Counted from the stretch's first letter, positions 18,458-26,187 are shown. The stretch: DNA of 32,000 nt from Nitrososphaera viennensis EN76 (GCF_000698785.1 NZ_CP007536.1:1890001-1922000); one strand, 5' to 3'. Translations and numbers: made by a program. The notes: a model not told the origin generated them from the letters alone.

Positions 18458-18952
18458 TTGCAGAAAACTGTGCCAAAGAAAGAGCAGATAATAAATCAAT
18501 TCTATGATCAAGCATGGCACATATTAGAACTAATGAAGCAAGGAACTGATGACAATTATGTTATCGAGAAGCAGAAGCTATCTAATATTCTAGACCAATT
18601 GCAGGAGAAAGCAAACAATGCCGATTATATGGATATCTCTGATTTTTTCGTTGCCATTTTATTATATACACAAAAGAATTCAATACCCGAAATCAGTCGA
18701 GACGATCTCATAACTGCTATCGATGAAAGAATTTTTGGAAATCCAAAGAAGTTTCATTTTTACTTTAGACTCGGACGATTATTTGATTTCCCTGAAGGCT
18801 ATCAAGTTGGCTCTGGCAAATTATTCCCCTTCGACAAATTACCTGATTTTGCACAGAAGAACCTCAGTTGGGAATGGAAACATAAGTATAATATGGATCG
18901 ACTATATGCAACAGAAAAACTAACAGAATACAAAAAGCGTAGAAAAAAATGA
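18458..18952 (+). CDS. Hypothetical protein, AT-rich islet ORF 1 (possible N-terminal part of the next gene)
   Basis: 164 aa with a TTG start in the track; the first in-frame ATG is at 18533. It ends at a TGA immediately after an A7 run. No motif recognised. Confidence 0.45.
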   Translation: MQKTVPKKEQIINQFYDQAWHILELMKQGTDDNYVIEKQKLSNILDQLQEKANNADYMDISDFFVAILLYTQKNSIPEISRDDLITAIDERIFGNPKKFHFYFRLGRLFDFPEGYQVGSGKLFPFDKLPDFAQKNLSWEWKHKYNMDRLYATEKLTEYKKRRKK

Positions 18953-18959
18953 ATGGTAC

Positions 18960-19781
18960 ATGTATCTTGAAGTTGAATCTGTTGGTCAGAATAAAGCTAG
19001 GAAGAAGGCGATACTTGAAGCAAGAAGAAATATCAACATCCTGAAGATAGTGTATGATATTCACGGCACTCTTTTCGATCTTCATGCAGAATCCCCTTTT
19101 GATTACATATACCATATGGACAAAAGCAAATCGACCGGCGGGGGTTACAGAAACCATGGCAAAGAGACTATTTTTGTTAGAAGGGACTTCCTAGATCAGA
19201 TGGTCAGTGACATTACAAGTATGAGAATCAATAAACACCCATCCGATTTAGAGAAGAGACTGCTAAATGCTGTGGATATATTTGGATTGGTTGATGATGC
19301 AACCCCTCTACACATCAGATTTCTGCTTTGTATAATTGCTTTAGAGGGCATGCTCTTAGCAGAAGGTGAAAAAGACTATCTCGGATGGAAACTATCAGAG
19401 AAGGTTGCCTTCCTACTGGGAGATACACCTGCGTGGATTGTTACCTTCTATAGGATTCCGCCTGAAGATGTGAGAACGACCTTGACAGATGATTATATAA
19501 ACAAAAAAAGATCCTCCGCTAGAAGTGCGCTCGATAGACAGATGAAAAAGTTCTACGGTAAAAGGTCCGGGTTCGCCCATGGCGGCCTTGAGGCGGATAA
19601 AAGCAAGAAAATAAGCAGCGACGATTACAATATGATTTCATCAATACTAAGATGGACAATCGAAAAACTGATTGAATTGCATAAAAGCGGCATCAACCAT
19701 ATTGCAACTAAAGATAAAGAAAAGATAAGCGAAGATGCTTCATCGTTGGATGCATATATCGAGAAGTTAAGATACTCTTAG
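18960..19781 (+). CDS. HEPN-like domain protein (putative RNase / abortive-infection-type effector)
   Basis: 273 aa. It has an Rx4H motif in a typical HEPN context, KKFYGKRSGFAHGG (R202-H207, nt 19563-19580). That motif is preceded by helical segments LLNAVDIF... and FLLCIIALEGMLL..EKVAFLLGD, resembling Apea/Abi-type HEPN helices. Confidence 0.55.
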   Translation: MYLEVESVGQNKARKKAILEARRNINILKIVYDIHGTLFDLHAESPFDYIYHMDKSKSTGGGYRNHGKETIFVRRDFLDQMVSDITSMRINKHPSDLEKRLLNAVDIFGLVDDATPLHIRFLLCIIALEGMLLAEGEKDYLGWKLSEKVAFLLGDTPAWIVTFYRIPPEDVRTTLTDDYINKKRSSARSALDRQMKKFYGKRSGFAHGGLEADKSKKISSDDYNMISSILRWTIEKLIELHKSGINHIATKDKEKISEDASSLDAYIEKLRYS

Positions 19782-20359
19782 TACGAAAAGTAGCGCTGCA
19801 CCTCTTCCTCCGATATCACTGCAAGCCAGTCGACCGAGCCGGAGCGCCGGGGCCTTTCCTTTTGCACGGTGGCGATTATCTCCTCCGCGGTCTGCTCTGG
19901 TGTTTTTCCAGTAGTGTCAAACTCGGCCACCTTGCGCTTGCCAAACGCCTTTATCGAATCGTAGAGTGAGATGCCGAGTATCTCGGCCGAGACGTTTTCA
20001 TTGACTTTTTCCCGGATGTACTTGCGCTCAAGCAGCGTCTCTTCAAGCTTTCTAGGCGACCTGCGCAGCACGGCGGCCATGTCAATGCCGGCCGATTTTT
20101 TCATGACATATGGAGCAAGATGGCCGACTATCACGAAACTGCCTTTCTTCTTTTTATTTAGTATATTTGCAACTAGCTTGCTGGCCTTTTTCGTGTCGAC
20201 TTCGATCCCCTTGCCCGTCTTTTCCAGCACAGCGCCGTTGTCCAGCGCGACCTTGTTGATGTCGATTATCTCTGCCTTCAGCTCTCTTGCAACAAGCTGC
20301 GCGCTCGTGTGCTTACCCACGCCCGGGTTTCCCGTGATAACCAGCCTGACTGTTTTCAA
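19778..20359 (-). CDS. Fap7/adenylate kinase 6-like nucleoside-triphosphatase
   Basis: 193 aa with the P-loop ITGNPGVGKHT near the N-terminus. Size and layout match archaeal COG1936-type kinases. Confidence 0.75.
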   Translation of the reverse strand: MKTVRLVITGNPGVGKHTSAQLVARELKAEIIDINKVALDNGAVLEKTGKGIEVDTKKASKLVANILNKKKKGSFVIVGHLAPYVMKKSAGIDMAAVLRRSPRKLEETLLERKYIREKVNENVSAEILGISLYDSIKAFGKRKVAEFDTTGKTPEQTAEEIIATVQKERPRRSGSVDWLAVISEEEVQRYFSY

Positions 20360-20445
20360 CCAGCTGCTTTTGCATGCTCTGCGCTATTCTGCTTTTCGCT
20401 CGCTGCCATAGGTTTATCCGATGGAATGTTGCAGTAGGCGCATAT

Positions 20446-20571
20446 ATGAGGATCTGCGAGTCGTGCGGGCGTGTCAGGTTCTACTCGCTCAATTTCCTCT
20501 TTTCAAAGACGGTGTGCAACGAGTGCTACCTGGCAATGAAGGAAAGAGAGAAAGAGAAAAAGCGTCATTGA
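20446..20571 (+). CDS. Small zinc-ribbon protein (41 aa)
   Basis: The internal ATG of track ORF 20374..20571 gives MRICESCGRVRFYSLNFLFSKTVCNECYLAMKEREKEKKRH (CxxC...CxxC). Confidence 0.3.
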   Translation: MRICESCGRVRFYSLNFLFSKTVCNECYLAMKEREKEKKRH

Positions 20572-20984
20572 GCGCTTCCGCATTTCGTGCAGAACTTGGC
20601 ATTTGCCTTGAGCTTTTGCCCGCAGCTGACGCAGAACTTGCTGCTCTCTGGCTCGAGCGTTTCGCGGTTTATTGGCGTAAGCCGCGGCGGGGTCATCTGC
20701 TCGGTGGGAGCTGCCGCTGCCTGTACGTCGCCGTACATGTCCGCAACGGCTCCTGTAGGCTTGAACGAGTCATTCGTGTCCGGCGCAAACTCGGAGTTGC
20801 TTTTCTCGCCTTTTTCCTCGACGTAGAGCATGAGGCGTGGCACCTGTCCCTTGCCCGGTGCGTTCACCTGCTCGCCGAGCCACAGCGCAAATTTTTTCAG
20901 TGTCATCTCGGGCGTGGAAAAGGTGAGCGAGTGCGTGGACATGTACTCGTCGGTTGCAGACCTGCCATTGAAGACCTTGGTCAT
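20565..20984 (-). CDS. Protein with a C-terminal zinc-ribbon (FCxxCG...FCxxCG)
   Basis: 139 aa. The C-terminus is KFCVSCGQKLKANAKFCTKCGSAQ. The N-terminal domain is not recognised. Confidence 0.6.
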   Translation of the reverse strand: MTKVFNGRSATDEYMSTHSLTFSTPEMTLKKFALWLGEQVNAPGKGQVPRLMLYVEEKGEKSNSEFAPDTNDSFKPTGAVADMYGDVQAAAAPTEQMTPPRLTPINRETLEPESSKFCVSCGQKLKANAKFCTKCGSAQ

Positions 20985-21025
20985 AAGGTTGATCGCGCAG
21001 AGTCGCTATTAATATTATATTATTA

Positions 21026-21538
21026 TCATTGCGACTTGCCGCACTTGCTGCAGAACTTGGCATGCTGCGGTATGGACGCCCCGCAGAAAACGCAGCTCTT
21101 TGTATTGCTGCCGCCACTTGCCTTGGGCCTTGGTAGCTCGATGTCCACTGGCTTGAAAGTCGGCTCAGCTTGGGGCGACGGAAGCGTATACCCCGCAGAC
21201 GGTCCTACAGAACCTCCTGCGTTCACAAAGCCGCCGATGCCAAAGCCTGCCTGCTGCGGTGGCGCGGCGGTTGCCACTCCTCCCGTGGGGTTCTTTACCG
21301 ACGTGCCCTTGTCCATCGCGCCCTTGATCTCAAATATGACGCGGATGGCAAGAAAGTTCATCGCAGACGTGGCGACGAGGTAGTCGCCTATCCTTGCGAA
21401 ATACTCTTTTTCGCCCATCTTGCCCTGCTTGTACAGCTGCGTGGCGTCAATGAATGCCTCGTACATGCTCTGCGTGTCGTTTGACAGCTGCTTTAGCTTC
21501 TCGGACAGGCCGCCAAGCGTGTCGACGCCAAAAGACAT
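21026..21538 (-). CDS. Protein with a C-terminal zinc-ribbon, a Gly/Pro-rich linker and an N-terminal helical domain
   Basis: 170 aa. The C-terminus is SCVFCGASIPQHAKFCSKCGKSQ, the same module as the neighbouring gene. Confidence 0.6.
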   Translation of the reverse strand: MSFGVDTLGGLSEKLKQLSNDTQSMYEAFIDATQLYKQGKMGEKEYFARIGDYLVATSAMNFLAIRVIFEIKGAMDKGTSVKNPTGGVATAAPPQQAGFGIGGFVNAGGSVGPSAGYTLPSPQAEPTFKPVDIELPRPKASGGSNTKSCVFCGASIPQHAKFCSKCGKSQ

Positions 21539-21579
21539 TAGAAAAAGAAGGAGTTGCGGGACTTAAAAACGATTCCCGC

Positions 21580-22968
21580 TCAGTATCCGCCGTAGTTGCT
21601 GCGGCCGTACCCGCCGCGCCTTCCGCCGCCATAGCCGCCCCGGCGCTGTCCACCATAACCGCCGCGCCTTCCGCCGCCATAGCCTCCTCCGCGACCGCCG
21701 CCACCGTAGCCCCTATTACCACCATAACCGCCGCCACCGTACCCTCCACCTCCGCCATAGCCGCGGCTTCCATAACCGCCGCCGTATGACTGCCTGTTGC
21801 GGTATCCTCCGCCGCCGTACGAGCGTGGCTGCGCAACAGGAACTGCGATGCCCATCTCGTCGTTGAGCTTGCGTATCGGGAGCGTGGTCTGCGCAAGTAT
21901 GCGCTCCATGTCGGCTATCCTCTCGGCTGACACGAGCGAGATGGCCTTGCCCTCTGCGCCCGCCCTTGCCGTCCTTCCGATCCTGTGGAAGTACACGTTG
22001 GGGTCGTCAGGGATGTCGTAGTTGATGACGTTTCCTACCGCCGGCACGTCGATTCCCCTTGCGGCAATGTCGGTCGCGACAAGGATGTCCTCGGTGCCCT
22101 TGCGGAACTTGAACATCGCCTGGTCGCGCTGCCTCTGCGTGAGGTCGCCGTGGATGGCTATCGCTGAAAAGCCGTCCCTCTTTAGCTGGTGCGCAACCCT
22201 GTCAGCGCGCTGCTTTGTCGCGGCAAACACGATCGTCTGCGCCTTGGCGTCCCTGTTCTTCCTGATAAAGTCGCATAGGTGCCTGAACTTTTCACGCTCC
22301 TCCACCACCAGGTACGACTGCTCTATCGTGTCCAGCGTCACTTCCTCCTCGTTGAGCCTCACGTGCTCTATCTCCTTCATGTACTCCTCTGCCAGCCTGA
22401 GGATCTCTGGCGGCATCGTCGCCGAGAACAAGCAGGTCTGCCTGTCCTCGTTGACGTAGAACAGGATGAACTTGATGTCGTCGATGAATCCCATGTCAAG
22501 CATCCTGTCAGCCTCGTCCATAACGACAAACTTGACGTCGTCAAGGATTATCGAGCCCTGCTTTATGTGGTCGATAAGCCTGCCGGGCGTTGCCACTACT
22601 ATCTGCACGCCCCTCTGCAATTTCTCGTTCTGGATGTTTATGCTCTGTCCGCCGTAGATGGCTACGGTCCTTATTCCCGTGTACTTGGCCAACCGGCTTA
22701 TTTCTGTAGTTACCTGCACCGCCAACTCTCTTGTCGGCACAAGCACCAGCGCCTGGACGGGGCCCTCGTTGCTGACGCGGGCCAGTATGGGCAGTCCAAA
22801 TGCTGCCGTCTTGCCGGTTCCTGTGTGCGCCTGCCCTATGACATCCTTACCCTGCAAAACAAGGGGTATAGCTGCCTCCTGTATAGGAAACGGCGCCTCA
22901 AATCCATTCTCGCTGAGCGCCTTGTTTAATTCCGCGCTCAGACCCAATTCTGCGAACGTCTTCGTCAT
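21580..22968 (-). CDS. DEAD-box ATP-dependent RNA helicase with an RGG/GY-rich C-terminal tail
   Basis: 462 aa. It has a Q motif (FEAPFPIQ), AHTGTGKT, PTRELA, DEAD (VMDEADRMLD), SAT and HRIGRTARAG, followed by an ~80-aa Gly/Arg/Tyr tail. Confidence 0.95.
   Translation of the reverse strand: MTKTFAELGLSAELNKALSENGFEAPFPIQEAAIPLVLQGKDVIGQAHTGTGKTAAFGLPILARVSNEGPVQALVLVPTRELAVQVTTEISRLAKYTGIRTVAIYGGQSINIQNEKLQRGVQIVVATPGRLIDHIKQGSIILDDVKFVVMDEADRMLDMGFIDDIKFILFYVNEDRQTCLFSATMPPEILRLAEEYMKEIEHVRLNEEEVTLDTIEQSYLVVEEREKFRHLCDFIRKNRDAKAQTIVFAATKQRADRVAHQLKRDGFSAIAIHGDLTQRQRDQAMFKFRKGTEDILVATDIAARGIDVPAVGNVINYDIPDDPNVYFHRIGRTARAGAEGKAISLVSAERIADMERILAQTTLPIRKLNDEMGIAVPVAQPRSYGGGGYRNRQSYGGGYGSRGYGGGGGYGGGGYGGNRGYGGGGRGGGYGGGRRGGYGGQRRGGYGGGRRGGYGRSNYGGY
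21583..21822 (-). repeat. Low-complexity coding repeat (GGY/RGG units) forming the helicase tail
   Basis: The protein reads ...GGGRRGGYGGQRRGGYGGGRRGGYG.... At the DNA level, ccgccgcgccttccgccgccatagcc occurs twice about 48 nt apart. Confidence 0.8.
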
Positions 22969-23113
22969 TTTTTATTCTTCACTTTGTTCTCTTTTGTTTT
23001 ATGTTCTTCTTGCGTGTATGCTTTTTTGCCACAAAAGTCGCACGGACGTTTCCGTTTTAAACCGTAAAACCTTTGTCTAGAACTTGTTACCTTTTACAAG
23101 GATATAAGGTTAG

Positions 23114-23121
23114 CTAACGAT
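23114..23121. repeat. Left copy of the 8-bp target-site duplication CTAACGAT
   Basis: It lies immediately outside the left IR and is identical to 26756-26763. Confidence 0.8.
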
Positions 23122-23144
23122 GATACTGTTGCGTCATTTGTGAT
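23122..23144. repeat. Left terminal inverted repeat GATACTGTTGCGTCATTTGTGAT
   Basis: The reverse complement of 26733-26755 is GATACTGTTGCGTAATTTGTGAT, with a single mismatch at position 14. The core ACTGTTGC resembles the IS26 end (GGCACTGTTGCAAA, recalled from memory). Confidence 0.85.
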
Positions 23145-23213
23145 AACCCCCTCTCCCTCAAATGAGCTGGCCATTAAATAGAAGCATATTCTATTCAGAT
23201 TTACCAAAGGGAT

Positions 23214-23744
23214 ATGGGTCGTGAGATGCCACATAATTCGTTAACAATTGCACGTTTCGAGAATGCCGAATTTATCATAGGCAATGGATTGCTTATCATT
23301 GGAGGTTTGATTCTTACTCCCAATACATTCAATGAACTTACTGTAGCTGGAGCGTTAATGATGCTAGGTGGCGTCATCTTGGACATCAGAGTTTTTAATT
23401 TATCCAAACTCGAACGTGATGTTCTATCAAAGAAAATAGAAGTCACCAAGACTCAGCTTGACGATGCTTTAAGAGACATGCAGGAAATGAGGCATTCAAT
23501 TATTGATGCCGAACGTAATCTAAAGCGCGCTATAACAGATATGGATGAACAAGAACAAAAGTTGAAACAACAACAGAAGCAACTTAAGGAAATGGAAAAG
23601 ACTACTTTCTCATTCATATCGAGAGCTCGTTCAGGCAGACCTTTAGAGGATATGCTAAAGGAAGCGTACCAAAGTCTTGACGCTTCTTTGAAATCTGTGG
23701 AAAAGAAACTCGGGATCTGGTCATCCAGAAGGTCTCCTTTCTGA
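23214..23744 (+). CDS. Hypothetical membrane protein with a C-terminal coiled coil (cargo)
   Basis: 176 aa. Two predicted TM helices (FIIGNGLLIIGGLIL; VAGALMMLGGVILDI) are followed by a heptad-like charged region (QLDDALRDMQEMRHSIIDAERNLKRAITDMDEQEQKLKQQQKQLKEMEK). Confidence 0.5.
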   Translation: MGREMPHNSLTIARFENAEFIIGNGLLIIGGLILTPNTFNELTVAGALMMLGGVILDIRVFNLSKLERDVLSKKIEVTKTQLDDALRDMQEMRHSIIDAERNLKRAITDMDEQEQKLKQQQKQLKEMEKTTFSFISRARSGRPLEDMLKEAYQSLDASLKSVEKKLGIWSSRRSPF

Positions 23745-23748
23745 GAGG

Positions 23749-23913
23749 CTACTTGGCAGCCAAATTTTCTTTAATCTTCTTTTCCCAGTCTGCCTGAGTT
23801 ATGACGCCTTTTTCCTCCAGCACATCTGACAGGCTGTCTAGCATAGTATTAAGCATAGAGACCTCTTCTCTAAGGTCATCAATCTCCGCTTCCAAGTTGC
23901 GCTTTTTACTCAT
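23749..23913 (-). CDS. Small coiled-coil protein (54 aa), below the track cutoff
   Basis: Own translation: MSKKRNLEAEIDDLREEVSMLNTMLDSLSDVLEEKGVITQADWEKKIKENLAAK*. Its ATG overlaps the stop of the upstream RHH gene (ATGAGTAA). Confidence 0.45.
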   Translation of the reverse strand: MSKKRNLEAEIDDLREEVSMLNTMLDSLSDVLEEKGVITQADWEKKIKENLAAK

Positions 23914-24064
23914 TCTTGTCTCCCCTCAGGTATCCCTTCTCAGACATCCATGAAGTAACTATCGCCCTAATTATGTCTGACCTGCCCTCTCCCATCGTAC
24001 CTTTCAGGCTATCGACAATCTCCATCAAGTTATCGGGGAGTGTCACTAAAGCCCTCGCCATCAT
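23906..24064 (-). CDS. Ribbon-helix-helix (CopG/Arc-like) DNA-binding protein (52 aa), below the track cutoff
   Basis: Own translation: MMARALVTLPDNLMEIVDSLKGTMGEGRSDIIRAIVTSWMSEKGYLRGDKNE*. It shows a beta-strand (ALVTLPDNL) followed by the GRSDIIRAIV helix pattern typical of RHH. An ATGA overlap with the transposase stop occurs at 24061-24064. Confidence 0.6.
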   Translation of the reverse strand: MMARALVTLPDNLMEIVDSLKGTMGEGRSDIIRAIVTSWMSEKGYLRGDKNE

Positions 24065-24999
24065 GCCTTCACCTCAACAACCTGCTCTTCAGGCTTTCGT
24101 TCGCCGCCATGCTCCAACGCCTGATCCTGAGTCGCCTTGTCTATCAGCTCTGACCAGCCGTTAGTTATCTGGATGCCTGCCGCCTGCGCGGGTGTTTTCT
24201 TTATCGTTTGGTGCTTTCTGACATAGTTGTAATTTACAACGTAGCCGTCAAGCAGTATCTTAGATGCCTTTTCGTTCTTTAGTCCACGCATAGGACGCAG
24301 CCTGTCTTTCAACGTTCCATGTACACGCTCTACGACGTTGTTGGTTGTCCTTGCCTGAATGCCAACACGCTTGACAAGCTCGACGCGGTTAGCCTTGTAC
24401 CTGCTGTAGTAGACCTTGTTGAACGCTCTGTCATAGCTGTTGCTACCATCCACAAAGATTACTTTTGGCCTTTCTTTTGTTATCCTGTTTGCACTTTCAA
24501 ATATCTTCATTGTCTCTTCGATTGTGCGCTCGCCGCCTAGGTGTGAGCCAACTAGGAATTTTGTCTCTTCGTCTATCATTTCCCAGAACCAGACGTTTCT
24601 ACCCTCGCACTTTATCATGGTTTCATCTTCGTGCCACTTGCCTGATGTCTCTGGGTTCATCTTCTCTTCGCAGAACTTGCTGACTAGAGCAGAGTACTTG
24701 ACAATCCAGCGATAGATTGTCGAAGAGTCAACTTTTTCTCCCATCAATTGCGCAAGCTGGTTCTGCACCTTTCGGACTGACAGGCCATCGAAATATAGGT
24801 TAAGGGCTGCAACAATGACGTGCTTCTTTACCTTCATCTTGCTAGGCTGTCCGTTGTTGTAAAAGCGGTGTGAGCAGTTTCTGCACCTGTAGACCTGCTG
24901 GCCGTGTACCTTGCCGTCTTTTACTACCTTGTAGGACATGCAATATTTGCATCGGACATTTTCGCTTTGTTCTGTCGTGCTTGCGGTTGTGTTGCTCAC
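24061..24999 (-). CDS. IS6-family (IS240-type DDE) transposase with an N-terminal zinc finger
   Basis: 312 aa with a GTG start. It has the zinc finger CKYC...CRNCSHRF. The DDE-region pattern is WHEDETMIKCEGRNVWFWEMIDEETKFLVGSHLGGERT ... FVDGSNSYDRAF ... NNVVERVHGTLKDRLRPMRG. Confidence 0.85.
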   Translation of the reverse strand: MSNTTASTTEQSENVRCKYCMSYKVVKDGKVHGQQVYRCRNCSHRFYNNGQPSKMKVKKHVIVAALNLYFDGLSVRKVQNQLAQLMGEKVDSSTIYRWIVKYSALVSKFCEEKMNPETSGKWHEDETMIKCEGRNVWFWEMIDEETKFLVGSHLGGERTIEETMKIFESANRITKERPKVIFVDGSNSYDRAFNKVYYSRYKANRVELVKRVGIQARTTNNVVERVHGTLKDRLRPMRGLKNEKASKILLDGYVVNYNYVRKHQTIKKTPAQAAGIQITNGWSELIDKATQDQALEHGGERKPEEQVVEVKA

Positions 25000-25000
25000 G

Positions 25001-25089
25001 TATATCCATATGCATATACCTTATATATACTTATATCCATATGGATATATCATGGATGTATTTGCAAATTACAATTGCATATATTTATC
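25001..25089. promoter_or_regulatory. Divergent promoter/operator region dense in palindromes
   Basis: The 12-mer TATATCCATATG is repeated at 25001 and 25032. There is a perfect 18-bp palindrome TATATCCATATGGATATA (25032-25049) and a 10-bp palindrome ATATGCATAT (25008-25017). TATA-like ttatatatac (25021-25030) lies 22-31 nt upstream of the transposase GTG, and catatatttatc (25078-25089) lies about 30 nt upstream of the ATG at 25116. Confidence 0.55.
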
Positions 25090-25115
25090 AGGAGGTAGAT
25101 TCAATTAATTTTATC

Positions 25116-25322
25116 ATGTCATTGACGCACAAACCAAATCCATTTGGACAAATCTTGTGCTGGTCTGGCAGACATTTAATCAGTGAAGAAGATGAACAAG
25201 AATTAATCGATTCTCCGACTGGCAGGTATGAAACAATGTGCGACCGATGCCATCGGAAGATTATTTTGGAAATCGACCCAGAAAATGAAGATGAATACTT
25301 TATCAAAGAACCAAACGATTAG
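25116..25322 (+). CDS. Small acidic Cys/His protein (68 aa) (cargo)
   Basis: The internal ATG of track ORF 24870..25322 gives MSLTHKPNPFGQILCWSGRHLISEEDEQELIDSPTGRYETMCDRCHRKIILEIDPENEDEYFIKEPND. C-x4-H ... CxxCH could bind metal. Confidence 0.4.
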   Translation: MSLTHKPNPFGQILCWSGRHLISEEDEQELIDSPTGRYETMCDRCHRKIILEIDPENEDEYFIKEPND

Positions 25323-26053
25323 CCGTTTTTCTCTTTCTCTTTTGGCAAGTCTGAAAATGGTATGTCTACCTTTGCGTTAGCTTTTGCTTTCATTTTTTTA
25401 GGCTTTGGCAATTTGCCTTTGACAGGCCACTTGATCCCTCTATAGAAGAATACGAGCGCGAATGTGTATATGATAAATGTGAAATCAAAATGTGTCTTAT
25501 TCCAAGGCGGAGTGGTGGGATATGGATTGTCCCAAAATGAAAGTTGGTATTGATAAAGGAACGAGAATGCAATGAATAGAGCAAAGAATGTTGCGGTTAT
25601 TATCATTCTGCGTACTCTGATTTTGTGCTCTTCCCTCTCTTCTTCCCGATATTCCAAAATTTTCAGTATGTCCCATAGCAAATACAACCCGAACATGATC
25701 GGAAGAATCCACTGAAAAATATCGCCAAAATGACCTTTGCTTTCGGGGTTGGCTACACTTACTATGTAGTACGTGAGAAATACTACAACTAGGTCAACAA
25801 CAAACCGCGCATTACCCAACTTGCCTTTATGCGGATTTTTGGTAATTGAGCGATGATATCCTATCCACCCAGATACAACAATAAAGTAAACCATTAACAT
25901 CCCCGACGCATCGATAAATGAGCGATAATCAGAAAGCACGTTGCTAAACGGTATGAAAATATGATCGACCTGCACGAAGCTCTGACCTATTATCACTGCA
26001 ACCATAATCTCGAGGAAATTCCTGTAAAATTCGCTGAGTTTCTTATAGTGCAA
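25319..26053 (-). CDS. Hypothetical polytopic membrane protein (cargo)
   Basis: 244 aa with about 6 hydrophobic helices and a Lys-rich C-terminal tail. No family recognised. Confidence 0.55.
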   Translation of the reverse strand: MHYKKLSEFYRNFLEIMVAVIIGQSFVQVDHIFIPFSNVLSDYRSFIDASGMLMVYFIVVSGWIGYHRSITKNPHKGKLGNARFVVDLVVVFLTYYIVSVANPESKGHFGDIFQWILPIMFGLYLLWDILKILEYREEEREEHKIRVRRMIITATFFALFIAFSFLYQYQLSFWDNPYPTTPPWNKTHFDFTFIIYTFALVFFYRGIKWPVKGKLPKPKKMKAKANAKVDIPFSDLPKEKEKNG

Positions 26054-26187
26054 TTGTCGAGAGCTAGCTTCCAGCTAATACGGATTTTAAACATTGCTGT
26101 GTTCTGTAAAACTTGTATATTTTACACCATCTGGAGCTAAGAAAAGCTGACTGATAAAGAAATCAGGTACTAATTTTGAATTACTCT

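Noticed and set aside
20421-21383. A 320-aa plus-strand ORF
   Set aside because: It lies opposite the two zinc-ribbon genes, whose C-terminal CxxC modules are unmistakable. Its composition (Arg/Leu/Ala/Cys) is shadow-like.
24983-25005. An internal sequence resembling the terminal IR core (tgTGTTGCtCA)
   Set aside because: Only about 9 of 23 positions match. It lies inside the transposase N-terminal codons, and its orientation is wrong for a right end of a shorter nested IS.
25091-25100. ggaggtaga shared with the inner side of the right end (26721-26729)
   Set aside because: The flanks of this 9-nt match do not align. It is insufficient to define an internal IS end.
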